DNA of 64,000 nucleotides, taken from the NCBI GenBank assembly GCA_008632985.1, contig QPGO01000033.1, positions 1-64,000 of the forward strand, read 5' to 3'. The position numbers were made by a program, and so were the translations under genes. The notes beneath the pieces are model-generated. The model worked only from the letters and a program-made list of their open reading frames with translations. It was not told the DNA's origin and made no database searches. Numbering within the stretch: the first letter of the stretch is position 1; each line of letters starts with the position of its first letter. Of the stretch, positions 23,829 to 35,700 are shown piece by piece. The DNA is from Psammoneis japonica (lineage: Eukaryota).

Positions 23829-25201
23829 TGCAGGAAAAAACGAAATTTTCATTTTTCCTTGTTTTTACTAAGTTTTTCCCCTCATTTTCGAACTCCGCGG
23901 TCTTTCGAAGCTTCAGCTTCTCTCGATTTCGCAGAAGTTCGAATTTTTTATTTTTTATTTGAGAAAATGCGATAAATATCATTGTGAATGGAAAATGGAC
24001 GTTTTTCACTAAAATCCATCATCGAGGTGCATTCGCGCACGGTGCTTTCGCACGATTCTTCGCGCAGCAACGGGTGGCTTCGACCGAGTTCGCTTCGGAA
24101 GGCTGATGAGTTGATGAGAACTCCGATTTGAATCATTAACGACCCTCTCACCCCTCTACTTCTTGCGGGATAGTCTATTTCAAATTCAAATACCGCCAAA
24201 TAACTCCAACTGCCAAAACCAACAAAGGCCTCTTGGGGGGGACTATTTCGATGTAGTGGATTTCGAGATTCCCTTGCAGATCGTACTAAAAACGTTCCAA
24301 GATCGTTCCAAAAGCGTTCCGAGAACGTTCTCAAATACACTAATTCGCGCTGAGAGCCAACTTTGGAGCCTGAGAATCAGCCAATGGGAAAGATGATGCA
24401 TCATTATGACCGTATTATTGTTCAAACTATCCGAGCATGACACAGCAATGTAAAATTTAAATGGATTTGATTGGCATATTGCTGAGAGGTACACCTGTCA
24501 AAACCGGTTTTTATTTTCTCCCAAAAAAAGTACGGTTCTTAGAAGCCTTAATACTTTTCAATTACAGCAGCTGCAGTTAATCTATTATAATGTATTGTAA
24601 CTGCTGGGCTAGCTTTACACTAAATATGCTCTATAACAATCACCAACAGCTCCAACATTGAAAAACCATTCGACGAAATAGGCATTTCGTCATTCCCGCA
24701 TTTTGACCGTTCTCGGAACGTTCCAAAAGCGTTCCCGAATCGTACCCAAACCGTACCCGAAGGGAATCTTTGAAAAGGCCTATCCACGAAAAACAATTTT
24801 TGACTACACTCTGAACAGATGAGAACCCCAACAGGTCCGCAGAAACTGAATCCACCTGCGGCGACAAAAACTTCTGCCTACCGCCCGCGGTCGCTGTGGC
24901 ACGCAGCCAGCATCACTTGGTAAGAATACAAAACATCAAGCACACGATGACCACAGAAGCATACACTCACCATGTCAATGCACCCATCCAAAGCCACAGT
25001 ACATTAAGCCCAGACAGTCATCCAGTGGCTAACACAGCAGGGTCGGAACGGATTTCGGAACAGCAGTGCTGTCGGTTCATTCGCATTCGCATCGTGCTTA
25101 TCTCCGCAAGACGAAGAACAAAAAGGCGCACCGCGTGACCGCGTGGTGTTCGAAAAAGCGGGAAAAAGCAAGGAAAAATGAAAATTTCGATTTTTCTTGC
25201 A
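23829..25201. repeat. Imperfect inverted repeat, arms 23829..23902 and 25137..25201
   Basis: tgcaggaaaaaacgaaattttcatttttccttg...ttttcgaactccgcggtc matches the reverse complement of the second arm, tgcaagaaaaatcgaaattttcatttttccttg...ttttcgaacaccacgcggtc. Confidence 0.75.
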
Positions 25202-25316
25202 TCTCCCAGTGTCGGAAGAAACCCGGAAAGTGACTCAGCCATCCACCATCATCACGCATCCATCTCTTCGCGTTGTGTGTTGCGTAATGCGTAGTCACTA
25301 AACTGCGTACATAACC

Positions 25317-26241
25317 ATGATGAGACTTGTTGTCGTTTGTTTGATAGCTTCTGCCGCTTCTGCATTTGCACCTGTGGTTACTTCTCAATCGCGTGTAAAC
25401 CATGCTACAGTTTTGTTTGAGCAGAAAGAGCCAACGTTTGATATGCTCGACTCGATTCTGGAAGATTCGCAATCGCAGCCCTCCAATCAAGATTTGCAGA
25501 AAATGGCAACCGCCACGAGTCTCATGTGGATGGCTTCTGCGACCGCGGCAAATGCTGATTCGCCTGATTGGGGTCTGTTTGAGGGACGGACCGGATCCCT
25601 GCTTCATCCCATCATGATGGGATCTCTTCTCTTGTTCAGTCTCAACACGGGCTTCAAAGGATGGCAATGGCGTCGTCAACGTACCATGGGCGATGAAATC
25701 ACGGCTCTTAAAAAGGAACTGTCTGCGATTGCTACTCCTCCCTCTGACGATGAAGAGGGAAGCAGCGTGCCATCTCCTAAGGAAAAGGAGCTGCAGAGCC
25801 AGATTGATAGCCTGACGAGCGAACGCAAGGAGCTTTCCGCTCAGGGAAATCGTGACAAGCACTTTAGTCAGGGAGCTCTCTTGGCATTTTTGGGAACGGC
25901 CTTTGCCATTGAGGTACGTGTAGCTTTTTAGTCCTGTACGCCAGTGGTTTATTTCGTTTTGCTTAATGGTTGTATTCTTCTCTTTTTCTTTTTAGGGACC
26001 ACTCAACACGTACGCACGTGCTGGCAAACTCTTCCCCGGTCCTCATCTCTATGCCGGTGCCGGACTTGTAGTCTGTTGGGCTGCAGCAGCCGCATGCGTC
26101 CCTGCTATGCAAAAGGGCAACGATACCGCACGGTCGATTCACATTGGAGCCAATGCTGCTGGGATTGGGTTGTTTGGATGGCAGCTTGTGTCGGGATTTC
26201 CAATTCTTCAGAAAGTAATCGAGAAAACGTCTTGGCCTTAG
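25317..26241 (+). CDS. Plastid-targeted membrane protein, DUF4079-like; intron 25914..25995
   Basis: ASAFAP motif, LLHPIMMG, GWQWRRQRT and RDKHF. After splicing it reads GPLNTYARAGKLFPGPHLYAG...KTSWP*. Confidence 0.85.
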
Positions 26242-26692
26242 GAAGCTAATAGTCGACGTCTAGATTGGTCTAGATGGAAGATTTTGAAGATTTTCAGTGC
26301 GTGGACACTCTCATTTACAGAAAATTGACACAAGGTATTGCATGAGAAACTCTGAAAAGCAGCAGTAAAATAGCACAAGTATGATAGCAAATCAAGGATC
26401 AAAAGCGATCACGTGGCGTACGTAGGTACTAGCTAGATATAATCGAAAGACCGCATCCATCTAGTGTTGTGGTTGGAGGGTGGAAGAGAGGGAATAACCT
26501 CGTACAACATCGTGCGTATGCCTTCCTTTTCTCCGTGCGTGTGTGCTTCGTCCGTCACGATCGTGGATCTTTCACTTTTTTCGATCTTGGATCTTTCGCA
26601 AGACTCCTCCTCATTTTCAATTTTCAGAAGTCGACAATGGTGACATCCAACATGGTGACTACGAATAATAATTGTTGTTCGCGGCGTTGGAG

Positions 26693-28303
26693 ATGGATCC
26701 TCCTCCATACCATCCTTCCCCACCGGCCATAGACACCTTGGCAACTGCTGAAAGCAGTCATCACATCATTGCAAACTCGCTGGATAATCTAATCTCGTCA
26801 TCAACGCCACGGAATCTTCATAGCGAGCCCAACGAACAGACTGTATCGCCTTATTTTCAATGGGAAACGGCAATGTGGCGTCAACGCAACTTGGAATCCA
26901 ACGTTACGCTTGATTTTGATGCGTTTGAAGTGGCCCTGACGGAAGCTTCGCAACAACAGTGCAATCTAGGAATCACGGCGACTGTGTTTGATGCAAGCTC
27001 AAAACAAGTCTATCAGCGCACTGTCGGTTCCTATTACAATGATTTATCAGTCAACGGTTCGCCTTTTGTGGATGGGTGGACTGGGGATACTCTCTTTGCC
27101 CTCTACTCCAATAGTAAAATCTTTGCTACCGTGCTCTTTATGGTGTCTGTGGTCGATAGCGGATTGGGGTACTTGGACGAACCCCTTTATCGGTCCTTTG
27201 ATTACTTGACAGAGAGCGATCGGGTCGGAACCATAACACCGCGAATGATCATGTCCCATCGCACCGGCATACAGCCATACAGTCGCAATGACATTTCAGA
27301 TCCTCTCTATTCATGCCTGAAGAATGAAACCACGGCACTTCCCGATTGTGTACAAGTACACTTGTTGAATGATTCGGTGCTTGTACAAGAGCCCGGCACG
27401 GTTGTTCGATACAGCAACGATCCGTGGTATATTTTGGCCGATTTGATGGTGCGCAAAACGGGACTCGCCACTCTTGAAGATATTTTACAACGCTACCTTG
27501 TACAACCACTCAATCTAACATCAGTCTCGTACGAGTGTCCCCTCGTGGGATCCACTGCCGCCAAACCACACGTGTCGTGGGGGATCTGCGGCACGGGTCA
27601 TGACGTGCCGCGATTGATTCAAGTCTTGGCCAATCGCGGACGAACTGTTCAAAATGACACTCAATTCATCACCGCCGGCAGTGTCCAGCAGATGTTTAGC
27701 TTCCAAGCGGGCATTGCTACCAATGCTGACGAGCCCTTGTCCTTTGCCGTGCCACTCAACAATTGTCTGGCCAGAACAGGCAGTAAACTAGACAGTCCCA
27801 ATGCCTTGATTGGGTACGGTCTTGGTACCATGATTACAGCCGGTGTCAAGGGACAATTATTCGTGCACGCTGCCACCGTGGGCGGATACTTGGTGGTGGC
27901 ACCCGAAAAGTACTCTGCCTACTTTGGCTTTATGAAAAACGGCGCCTTTCCACCGGCCTATGCGTGGGTGGCACGCATCATTGATCGATTTGAACGTGCC
28001 AGTACGGTACGGGTCCGCAATGCCTACGATAGTGCAAATGACAACTACGATTGGACCGACCTGACACCCTGTATTGACGGCATGTTTCTCGACACGGACA
28101 TTGTCGACCGGGCCGCCGTTTCCGACGTTTCGTGTCCCAACAATGTAACACCGGCGCCCATGCCAACAACGAAAGCTCCTACCCAAATCGACACACAAAT
28201 GCCATCATCCAGTTCTAGTTCAACCTGTATTGGAAGCAACTTTGGTCTGCGCTTGTTGTTGCTACTTGGCTTTTATAGTTTTGCAAGCTTTTGGGGTTGG
28301 TGA
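26693..28303 (+). CDS. Beta-lactamase-fold serine hydrolase with hydrophobic C-terminal tail; start uncertain
   Basis: SxxK motif (YSNSKIF), IMSHRTGI, EPGTVVRYSN, VQPLNL and YGLG. Pro/Thr/Ser linker followed by a hydrophobic tail. Confidence 0.8.
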   Translation: MDPPPYHPSPPAIDTLATAESSHHIIANSLDNLISSSTPRNLHSEPNEQTVSPYFQWETAMWRQRNLESNVTLDFDAFEVALTEASQQQCNLGITATVFDASSKQVYQRTVGSYYNDLSVNGSPFVDGWTGDTLFALYSNSKIFATVLFMVSVVDSGLGYLDEPLYRSFDYLTESDRVGTITPRMIMSHRTGIQPYSRNDISDPLYSCLKNETTALPDCVQVHLLNDSVLVQEPGTVVRYSNDPWYILADLMVRKTGLATLEDILQRYLVQPLNLTSVSYECPLVGSTAAKPHVSWGICGTGHDVPRLIQVLANRGRTVQNDTQFITAGSVQQMFSFQAGIATNADEPLSFAVPLNNCLARTGSKLDSPNALIGYGLGTMITAGVKGQLFVHAATVGGYLVVAPEKYSAYFGFMKNGAFPPAYAWVARIIDRFERASTVRVRNAYDSANDNYDWTDLTPCIDGMFLDTDIVDRAAVSDVSCPNNVTPAPMPTTKAPTQIDTQMPSSSSSSTCIGSNFGLRLLLLLGFYSFASFWGW

Positions 28304-28881
28304 CGATCACAAGTTCTCGTGTGTTTACTCTAAGTTGTGGACGATCCAAAGGAGGTGTTCTGGGCAAAAACGTTAATGTCGGTACAGCAATATCGATTTA
28401 CTCCCATCGTCCAACCCAACAACGGAAAACTGAACGAGGGCGTTTGGTATGAATTGATTAACCCGACTCTCTGACCGCGCAAGACAATTTAAAAAGTTAT
28501 TACTAGATCTTAGGGTAGGAATATTTTGTATTTGAAGTCATTTCGAAAAGTTTGAATGCCGCCAACAACAAGACTTATGCCCCGCAAACTCGGTATCGAC
28601 AGTCACAAAGTCCGTCAATCCCAAAAAAAGGCCCGAACAGTTTGTTGCTATTATGTATTGATTTCTGATTTCCGCACTACCGTATGCTTCTTTCTTCATT
28701 TCTACAACAACTACTCGCTGTACGACTATTTAAAGCTCCCGCACAAGGAAACGAAAGGCCCTCATCTACATATACCTGCCGCCACACGTCGAGAGGAAGT
28801 CCACATCCCAAGTCTCAAGTACACTCACCACATTTGCACGACTAAGCAGCTCCCTGAGTATCCAGCATTTGAAAACCATTC

Positions 28882-29496
28882 ATGGCATTGGCTCGTTCTT
28901 ATAAATCAAACACCGAAACAGATATGCAGCCCGAGACTCGTTTAGAACCAGAACGCAGACACACGGCGCCCTCCGGTGAAATTTCCAGGAATTCCAAAGC
29001 ATGTCAAGATCACAAGGATTTCAAGAATGTCATTCGAGACCTTAGAAAGAAAGGCATAGTTACGCAGATGGGAATCAAGCAAGCTCTTTCGAAAGGAGCC
29101 CTCAATATCGAGACGTTTGAAGAAGAAGACGACAAGAAGGACGCTGTCAAGAACGAGAAAGAAATCAAGAAGCAACAAATGTATCGTCGTCTAAAGGCGC
29201 CATCTTTGGGAAAAGCAGTTGAGACAATGGTCAGGAACGACTCTGACACTCTTCATGTGTTGACGAGACAAGATAAGCAGACAGGCGGGACGACGACGGA
29301 CGAAGCTTCAAGTAGTTTCCGTCGATCGCAACGACAGGGCTTGGTCAAGGACGCTGATGGCTCCATGAATTCCAACATTTACAAGCTCGATGATCCTGCG
29401 AAAAAGAGAAGATCTGCAGGATCTCTCATACATAAGCTTGGCTCTGCTTTCAGCTTGGCAAGCTTGGAAGAAGAACTCGGTGACGAGAAACGTTAA
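28882..29496 (+). CDS. Hypothetical charged protein
   Basis: 204-aa ATG-initiated ORF in TpA-normal DNA. No recognisable motif. Confidence 0.55.
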   Translation: MALARSYKSNTETDMQPETRLEPERRHTAPSGEISRNSKACQDHKDFKNVIRDLRKKGIVTQMGIKQALSKGALNIETFEEEDDKKDAVKNEKEIKKQQMYRRLKAPSLGKAVETMVRNDSDTLHVLTRQDKQTGGTTTDEASSSFRRSQRQGLVKDADGSMNSNIYKLDDPAKKRRSAGSLIHKLGSAFSLASLEEELGDEKR

Positions 29497-29997
29497 ATGT
29501 ATACATTGCATCAATTGACTAACCACATCTAAGTGTTCTATAATATTATGCACCGACTTCTGGCAGTGTGTTTTGCCGAGTGCTCGTCACTCGGACGTAG
29601 TTCTGTAAACTTATCCTCTTGAACAAAGAAGCTTTCTCAGCCAGCCATCAACAGTTGAAACATCTCACGCAGCTTTCGTCCTTTTCGTTTCGCGTGTGTG
29701 GGAGAAGTTAACCTTATCCATTCTTGGACGAGATCTGAAAGAACACCGTCTCTGGGACGAGTCCAACGAAACGCTCCACATTCTCAAGGGCAGTCTAAGG
29801 CACTAGTATCATCTATGGGTAAAGGTAGAAAACGAGTTCACAGTTCTCTAGACTACTTTGAAGCTACATGAGATACCGAAAACCATTTCCAGATTCGGTA
29901 CCCCAGCGTCTGAGCTAGAGGCATGCTTTCTCACAACAACAATTTCCACATTATGCCACACGATTTCCATGAAATGTGAGCATACCGGCTGCCAAGA

Positions 29998-30740
29998 TTA
30001 CGGTGCCATGCCGTTCCAGGTCGGCGATCCGATTCCTGCATTGCCGGCTTTGGTCTGCACGGCCACTTTGGATCCGTCGAGCTTCATGAATTTCTCGTAA
30101 TCTTCTTGGACCTTTTGCTGCAGAGCCATTGGCGCCTGGAGCGCTTCCAACTCCTCTTCGATAGCGTCTTTTTCGTTTCGAAGCTTTGCTTGTTTTGCTT
30201 CAGCAATGGCAGAGAGAAAGCGGGTCTTCTTTTTTGCGTCCTTCTTTGTTTCGCGCAGATCGTCCTTGAGAGCTTCAATTTGGCGAGCATAGGAAGACAC
30301 CTGCTTTCTGGAATGGACAATAAGAAACGACATTTGATGAGTGACACACATAATAACACTCAGAAGGTGCAATAAGCGAGTAAAGCGTGTCTGACATACC
30401 TCAACTCACTCTTTAGCTCTACAATTTCGCTCTTGAATTCAATCTGCTTGGTGATAGCCGAGGCCTTGAAAGCTTCGTATTCTTCATGAAGCCCAAAGAG
30501 CTCAGACGCGTATTCTTCTTTAAGTTTCTGGTTCTCTTGCTTGACTCTTTCGAGCTCGGAAGATCCAAACAAGTCAGACAAGTCTGGAATATTATCAAAC
30601 CAGCCCTTCAACGCGGTACCGGTACTTTTCCTACCGGCGGTGGGCAATGACGGCTGCGACACAAATCCGTCAACACCACGAAGCAACACCGTTGTGATTG
30701 CGACGAGCGTCAACATACTATCAGTCCTAAGAAAAATCAT
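29998..30740 (-). CDS. Putative plastid-targeted coiled-coil protein; intron about 30308..30399
   Basis: Signal peptide ending VDG-FV. A GTATG..CCAG intron joins the 30360..30740 and 29998..30372 frames in phase. Confidence 0.6.
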
Positions 30741-31069
30741 TGTTCAATGAGTATGTTATGATGTTGAATGAGACGAAATGCCGATCGATGTTTTTCAACG
30801 TTGACTGTGACTGCATGTGTTTGAACATCACGTTCACGTGTCGTCGTCGCCGCCCCGTGTCATTTTTTTTGAATTTTTCTGCCATAATTGACCATGACGT
30901 CATGAAGTTTTATTTGCAAAAGGCGTTTGAGCTCTACAAGACAGGATCTTTCGACGTCCGACGTACGGACGGACCAAGAAAAGATCGCGTCTCGATTTTG
31001 TCGGAGCAACCGTGGGGAAGGTGTGTGGCCTTTGTTGTTGTTATAACCAAACATAGTTGCATATCAATC

Positions 31070-32617
31070 ATGAATGCTTTTGGTTCAAGAGCAATGTCAG
31101 TGTCACGTCAGTCCTTTCGCGAATTCGGTCGAAAGACGAACTTCTTTGGTGCACGACGGAGCTCGGCATCTGCTTCCAGCAGTTCCGAAAGCACGACGAA
31201 GCAAAAACTAGGAGAAAAAACCGACGATCCGGAAGTTCCTTTAGTGGGTCAGTTTAAGAATCCCATTGTTCAAAAGTTATGGGCTGCTCGTCATGATGCC
31301 AAGATGAGATTGGGGCTGTCACATGATGCTCAGGGAGGAGGATCCGAAACAACCTCTCTTTCCAAAGTGACGGCAGAGATAATTCGATCGGGCAAACAAG
31401 AAGGATCTCCTGAAGCAAACAAAGGAAGAACTCCCGCCGAGTCAGAAACTTCAATCTCGTATCCCTTTTCATCGGATGAGTTTCTCCTTGAGGTAAGAGA
31501 GATCTTGTATGGTGTGGGCACATCGGTACTATTCCTTCTCAAACTTCCTCTTATACGATTCTCTTTCTCCAGAGCTATCGTAATCCTTGGGGACAAATGC
31601 GATTCGGAAAAATATTGGAAGACTTGGATGCGCTCGCTGGGAATATTGCCTTTTGTCATGTAGAGGGGAATCCGCTTATTGTGACGGCGGCTGTTGATCG
31701 GATTAGGCTGAGGCGTCAGCCAGTGATTGGACAAGACCAACACTTGTCTGGGCGAGTCACATGGGTGGGCAACAGCAGTATGGAGATTCGTATGCAATGT
31801 GAAAACGACAAAGGAGAGGAATGGCTGGAGGCCTACTTTACCTTTGTCACGTTGGATCCTGAAACCAAGAAACCGGTGAGAATGCCTGCCCTCATTACAA
31901 CGACCCAAAAAGAACGAGCGCAGTTCGAATTAGGCGCACTCAAGGCCAAATCGAAAAAGCTTGCACGCAAGGACAAGCTCAAGGTAGGAAAACCATTGAC
32001 CGAGGTTGCATTGCAAACGGACGTGGAGGCGGCTCGACTCTTGGATGAAGCCGGACCTCTTATCAACATGCCGAGTTTGGCGGATCCGCACTCGATTCTC
32101 ATGGTTCATACGAAAATGCAAAACGCCATGATGGCACAACCGCAAGTACGGAATTTGCACGACCGTATCTTTGGAGGCTTTCTCATGAGACGGGCTTTCG
32201 AATTGGCATTGCCAATGCCTACGTCTTTGGAGGAGCCAAGCCACGCTTTCTAGAAGTCGATGATATCAGCTTTGATGCACCGGTGGATGTTGGCGATTTG
32301 CTGGTTTCAACAGTCGCGTGCTGTACACGAAACCGGAGGGAGGATATTTGGGAAACTATTACGACAGCTTGGACAAAGAAGATGGAGGCGACGCAAAGCA
32401 GCATATCAAAAACATGCCTCTAGTTACGATTGAAGTAGAGGCTTGGGTAACGGAACCCGAGAAGGCGGATGCTCGCGTATGCAACCATTTTTACTTTACT
32501 CTTGCCCTCCCCGAAGGCACGCCATGTCGAAGGGTTCTACCAGGAAACATTGACGAAGCAAGAAGGCAGGCAACCCGAATGGCAGCCGACAAAGAACAAG
32601 CTAGCCTGAGATCGTGA
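31070..32617 (+). CDS. Double-hotdog acyl-CoA thioesterase (ACOT9-like); intron 31493..31572; two apparent 1-bp deletions near 32209 and 32306
   Basis: SYRNPWGQMRFGKILEDLDALAG, IVTAAVDRI, VTWVGNSSMEI and RNLHDRIFGGFLMRRAFELA. The shifted frame continues FLEVDDISFDAPVDVGDLL. Confidence 0.88.
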
Positions 32618-33062
32618 GCACATCACGATACATGAAGCTACACCATAAGTCGGTTTCCTAGGTATCCCTGGTGACGGATCAGATGAGATACTGTATCTGA
32701 TCCTGATGAGATAATATCTGATCCTCCGCCTCTTCCGATCCTCGTCCGTCCATGTTGTGACAAGCGACAAGCTCCGGGAGAGCGGATGATGAGACGACGG
32801 ACGGGGGCAAGACACAATTTTCGACCGTTACGTAGAATCCAGTACAAAACCTACGAACGTGGTTGCCCTACCAGATCTATCGTACAAGTCAATGTTCCCG
32901 CCAAACAACGGTTTCTTTTTGGTTTCTCGCATTTTCTCGCAACTCGCACAAACGTCTCGTCGTCGTGACATCCAAGGCAAGAGTGTCAAAGCTTTATAAC
33001 AAGCCCATACAACAACAAAGACCCTTTGCGGCGTTCGATTATAGCTGACGATCATCGATACG

Positions 33063-34983
33063 ATGAATGCAACACCGTTGAAATCGTCGCGTTCGGCGGA
33101 GGACGCTTCCGATTCGTTCAAGATCGATAGCGATTTGAAAACGACTGGTAACGGTAAATCTCAAAGCGAGTCGCCGGGAAAGGCTGATATGAGTTCGTGG
33201 GAAGCAGGAATGAGACGAAAGCTCGCGGCCATGACGAAGAATATCAACGTGAAGAATGTGAGTTCGATTCTTTTTGTGATTGTCGTCAATGCATCGACAG
33301 TTTTCGAAAATCTGTGCTGACTATGTTTTTCAAATTTTTTCATCGTTTCGATGCGTTTGTTCAACCATGTTCGTCCGCAATGTAGCCGAGTCCGCCCGCA
33401 GAAAAGTCCGATGACGAATCGAACAAGGTAAGGATCGCAGTTCGTCGGGGTGGAATCTTGTCCTTATCTAGAGCTTTCCTTTCTAACTTCCGACGTTCGT
33501 GTCTTTATTTGTTTTGAAGGATCGGTTGAAAACTGTCAAGATTGAAGAATCCAATGGAGAGCAACCGACGAGCGGCGAGAGTCTCAACACGCCGTCGACG
33601 TTGATGAACACTTCGATAGGTACCTTCACGGCAGGCTCTTCCGTGTCGACATCTACTTTTTCGGGCGATGTTGCACATTACTTGTGCATTCCGGTGGATT
33701 CACAAGGAATAGCAGACCCTTCGAAAGCCTTTTTCTCCACGACTCCGCCTGAGAATACCCAGTTTGCGGAAGAATGCAAGAAGATGGGCGCAATGAGCTC
33801 GACGGACCTAGTTGGCTATCTGCATGGTAGAGCCAACGAGGGCCGTGCGGCAAATTTTGCCACTCCGCAGCTGCGTCCGGATACCCCTGTGAGTCACCTG
33901 GGGCTCTCTGCGTCTCGGGCTCGGCTCCCCCCAGACGCACTAGGAACTCCCTCTCCATGGACTGCAGACTCTCTTGCCGGACTTTCACGCTCTTTGCCCC
34001 AGTCATTGAACCGCAACGGCAGCGGCAGTTTGGGTCATCGATCTCTGTTGGCTACAATGCCTGAAGAGGGGGGCGCACCACCCTACCCTGGTTCCAGCGC
34101 AACGCCCGACACCCATACATCCTATAGCAGTAGTCCGGCTGCCCAGCGCCGCATTGTATACAGTGGTGATCGAGGTCGCATTGTACCCATGGGTTCAGTC
34201 TTGTCTGACTCGTCCATCAATAGCCTGGCTGATGGCGCCAAGCGTGTTGTTCTGGCCAAGGACGGAACGCCGATGGCTTGCGTTGGGAACACAATGGAAG
34301 TTCTAGCACCCGTGGAAACTCCTGTGTCTGATCAGCGCAAGTGGCAGCGTTGGACAGATTCGGAAGATGATATCCTCCGTAGTGCAGTCGAAACCGAAGG
34401 CAATCCTCACAATTGGAAGAAGATTTCGAAGAAATACTTTCTTGGAGTGCGGTCGGACACCCAGTGCAAGAACCGTTGGAAAAAGGTAAGATTGGTACTA
34501 TGTGTTGGTGTGTTTAGCCCCCTTAAACTTCAGAATCTCACTCTGAAGGTATGCCCATACCGTTGCGATTCGTAGGCACTCCAGCCAGGCTTGATTCGCG
34601 GTTGCTGGACCGATGAAGAAGACAAGACTATCCATGAATCCGTGGAAAACGGCATGAAGTTTTCTGATATTGCCAAACTTCTTCCCGGTAGAATCTCCGA
34701 GCAGGTGAAAGAGCGTTGGGTCAACACCTTAGACCCGTCCTTGAAGAAAGAAGATTGGACGGCAGATGAGTTGCACACGCTTTTCGCAGCCCAATCTAGG
34801 TTGGGGAACCAATGGAAGAAGATTTCCGAGTTACTACCCGGAAGGTCAGAGAACCATGTCAAGAACCGTTGGTACAATGCCAAGCAGGCGCAGCGGAGGA
34901 AGATGAAGAAACTCGCAGCCGAGACCGAGATCGTCGAGAGGCTCAAGCGAGCTCGAGGGGACGAGCAAGCTGCGGAGCGCTAG
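33063..34983 (+). CDS. MYB transcription factor with three repeats; introns 33258..33385, 33428..33519, 34486..34575
   Basis: WTDSEDDIL..NWKKIS..RSDTQCKNRW, WTDEEDKTI..GRISEQVKERW and WTADE..GNQWKKISELLPGRSENHVKNRWY. All three introns are GT..AG and in phase. Confidence 0.9.
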
Positions 34984-35700
34984 TAGCTTTGCTACAGAAA
35001 GCGTGCAAAACTATGTGTAGACGGCTGAATTCAGCGAAGGGATAATGATGTGTTCGTTGCGCTGGTTGTTACTTGCGAATAGCCAGGAGAAGTAGCCCGA
35101 GGGAAAATATAAACTTTAGGATTGATAGCAATCGGAACGCTTCCTTGTCCGCTTTATTTCAATGAGCTAGTTTGAAGTCGGCTTTCGTAAACAAGTGTCT
35201 CTACTTTTTCGAAGTTACGAATGACGACAGTAACAAGCTAACGTGCGGGCTTCATTAAAGAAAAGAAACACCTCCTAGCTAGCTACTAGTAGTAGTAGTC
35301 CTTCAAACTAAGAAGAGAGAAGTGGGGGGCGTCTTTGGAAGTGAGATCGTCGAAGGCGGTCTGATCGCCAGTGCGTTTGGGGGTTTCCAGTACAATTGTA
35401 CGCAAGAAAACACGTAGATCTGTCCAGAGGTCCCAAATACCAATCGCACTGATTGACAGACTGTTTAGTACAATTCTACGTAATTTCTTCGACAGTCTCA
35501 CTTCCGAAGACGTCCCCCAGAAGAGATTTCAGACTTCAAGCCGATCAGCATCTCACGCCACGGTTCGCCCACTTTCAACTTCGCTCAAAAGCACGGGAGT
35601 TCGCGTTTCTGCGCTCGCGCTCCGCGCACGTTGCATGTGACTGGCCGCGATCAGCGATTTCCTCTCTTTTCATAAAACTCTCAGAAAATCGCCGTTGACA

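Noticed and set aside
32200..32312. Programmed frameshifting or pseudogenisation of the thioesterase (similar shift near 62840)
   Set aside because: Both shifts are single missing T residues in T runs within an otherwise conserved gene. Assembly indel errors are the simplest explanation, which is also a reason to validate the assembly with independent reads.
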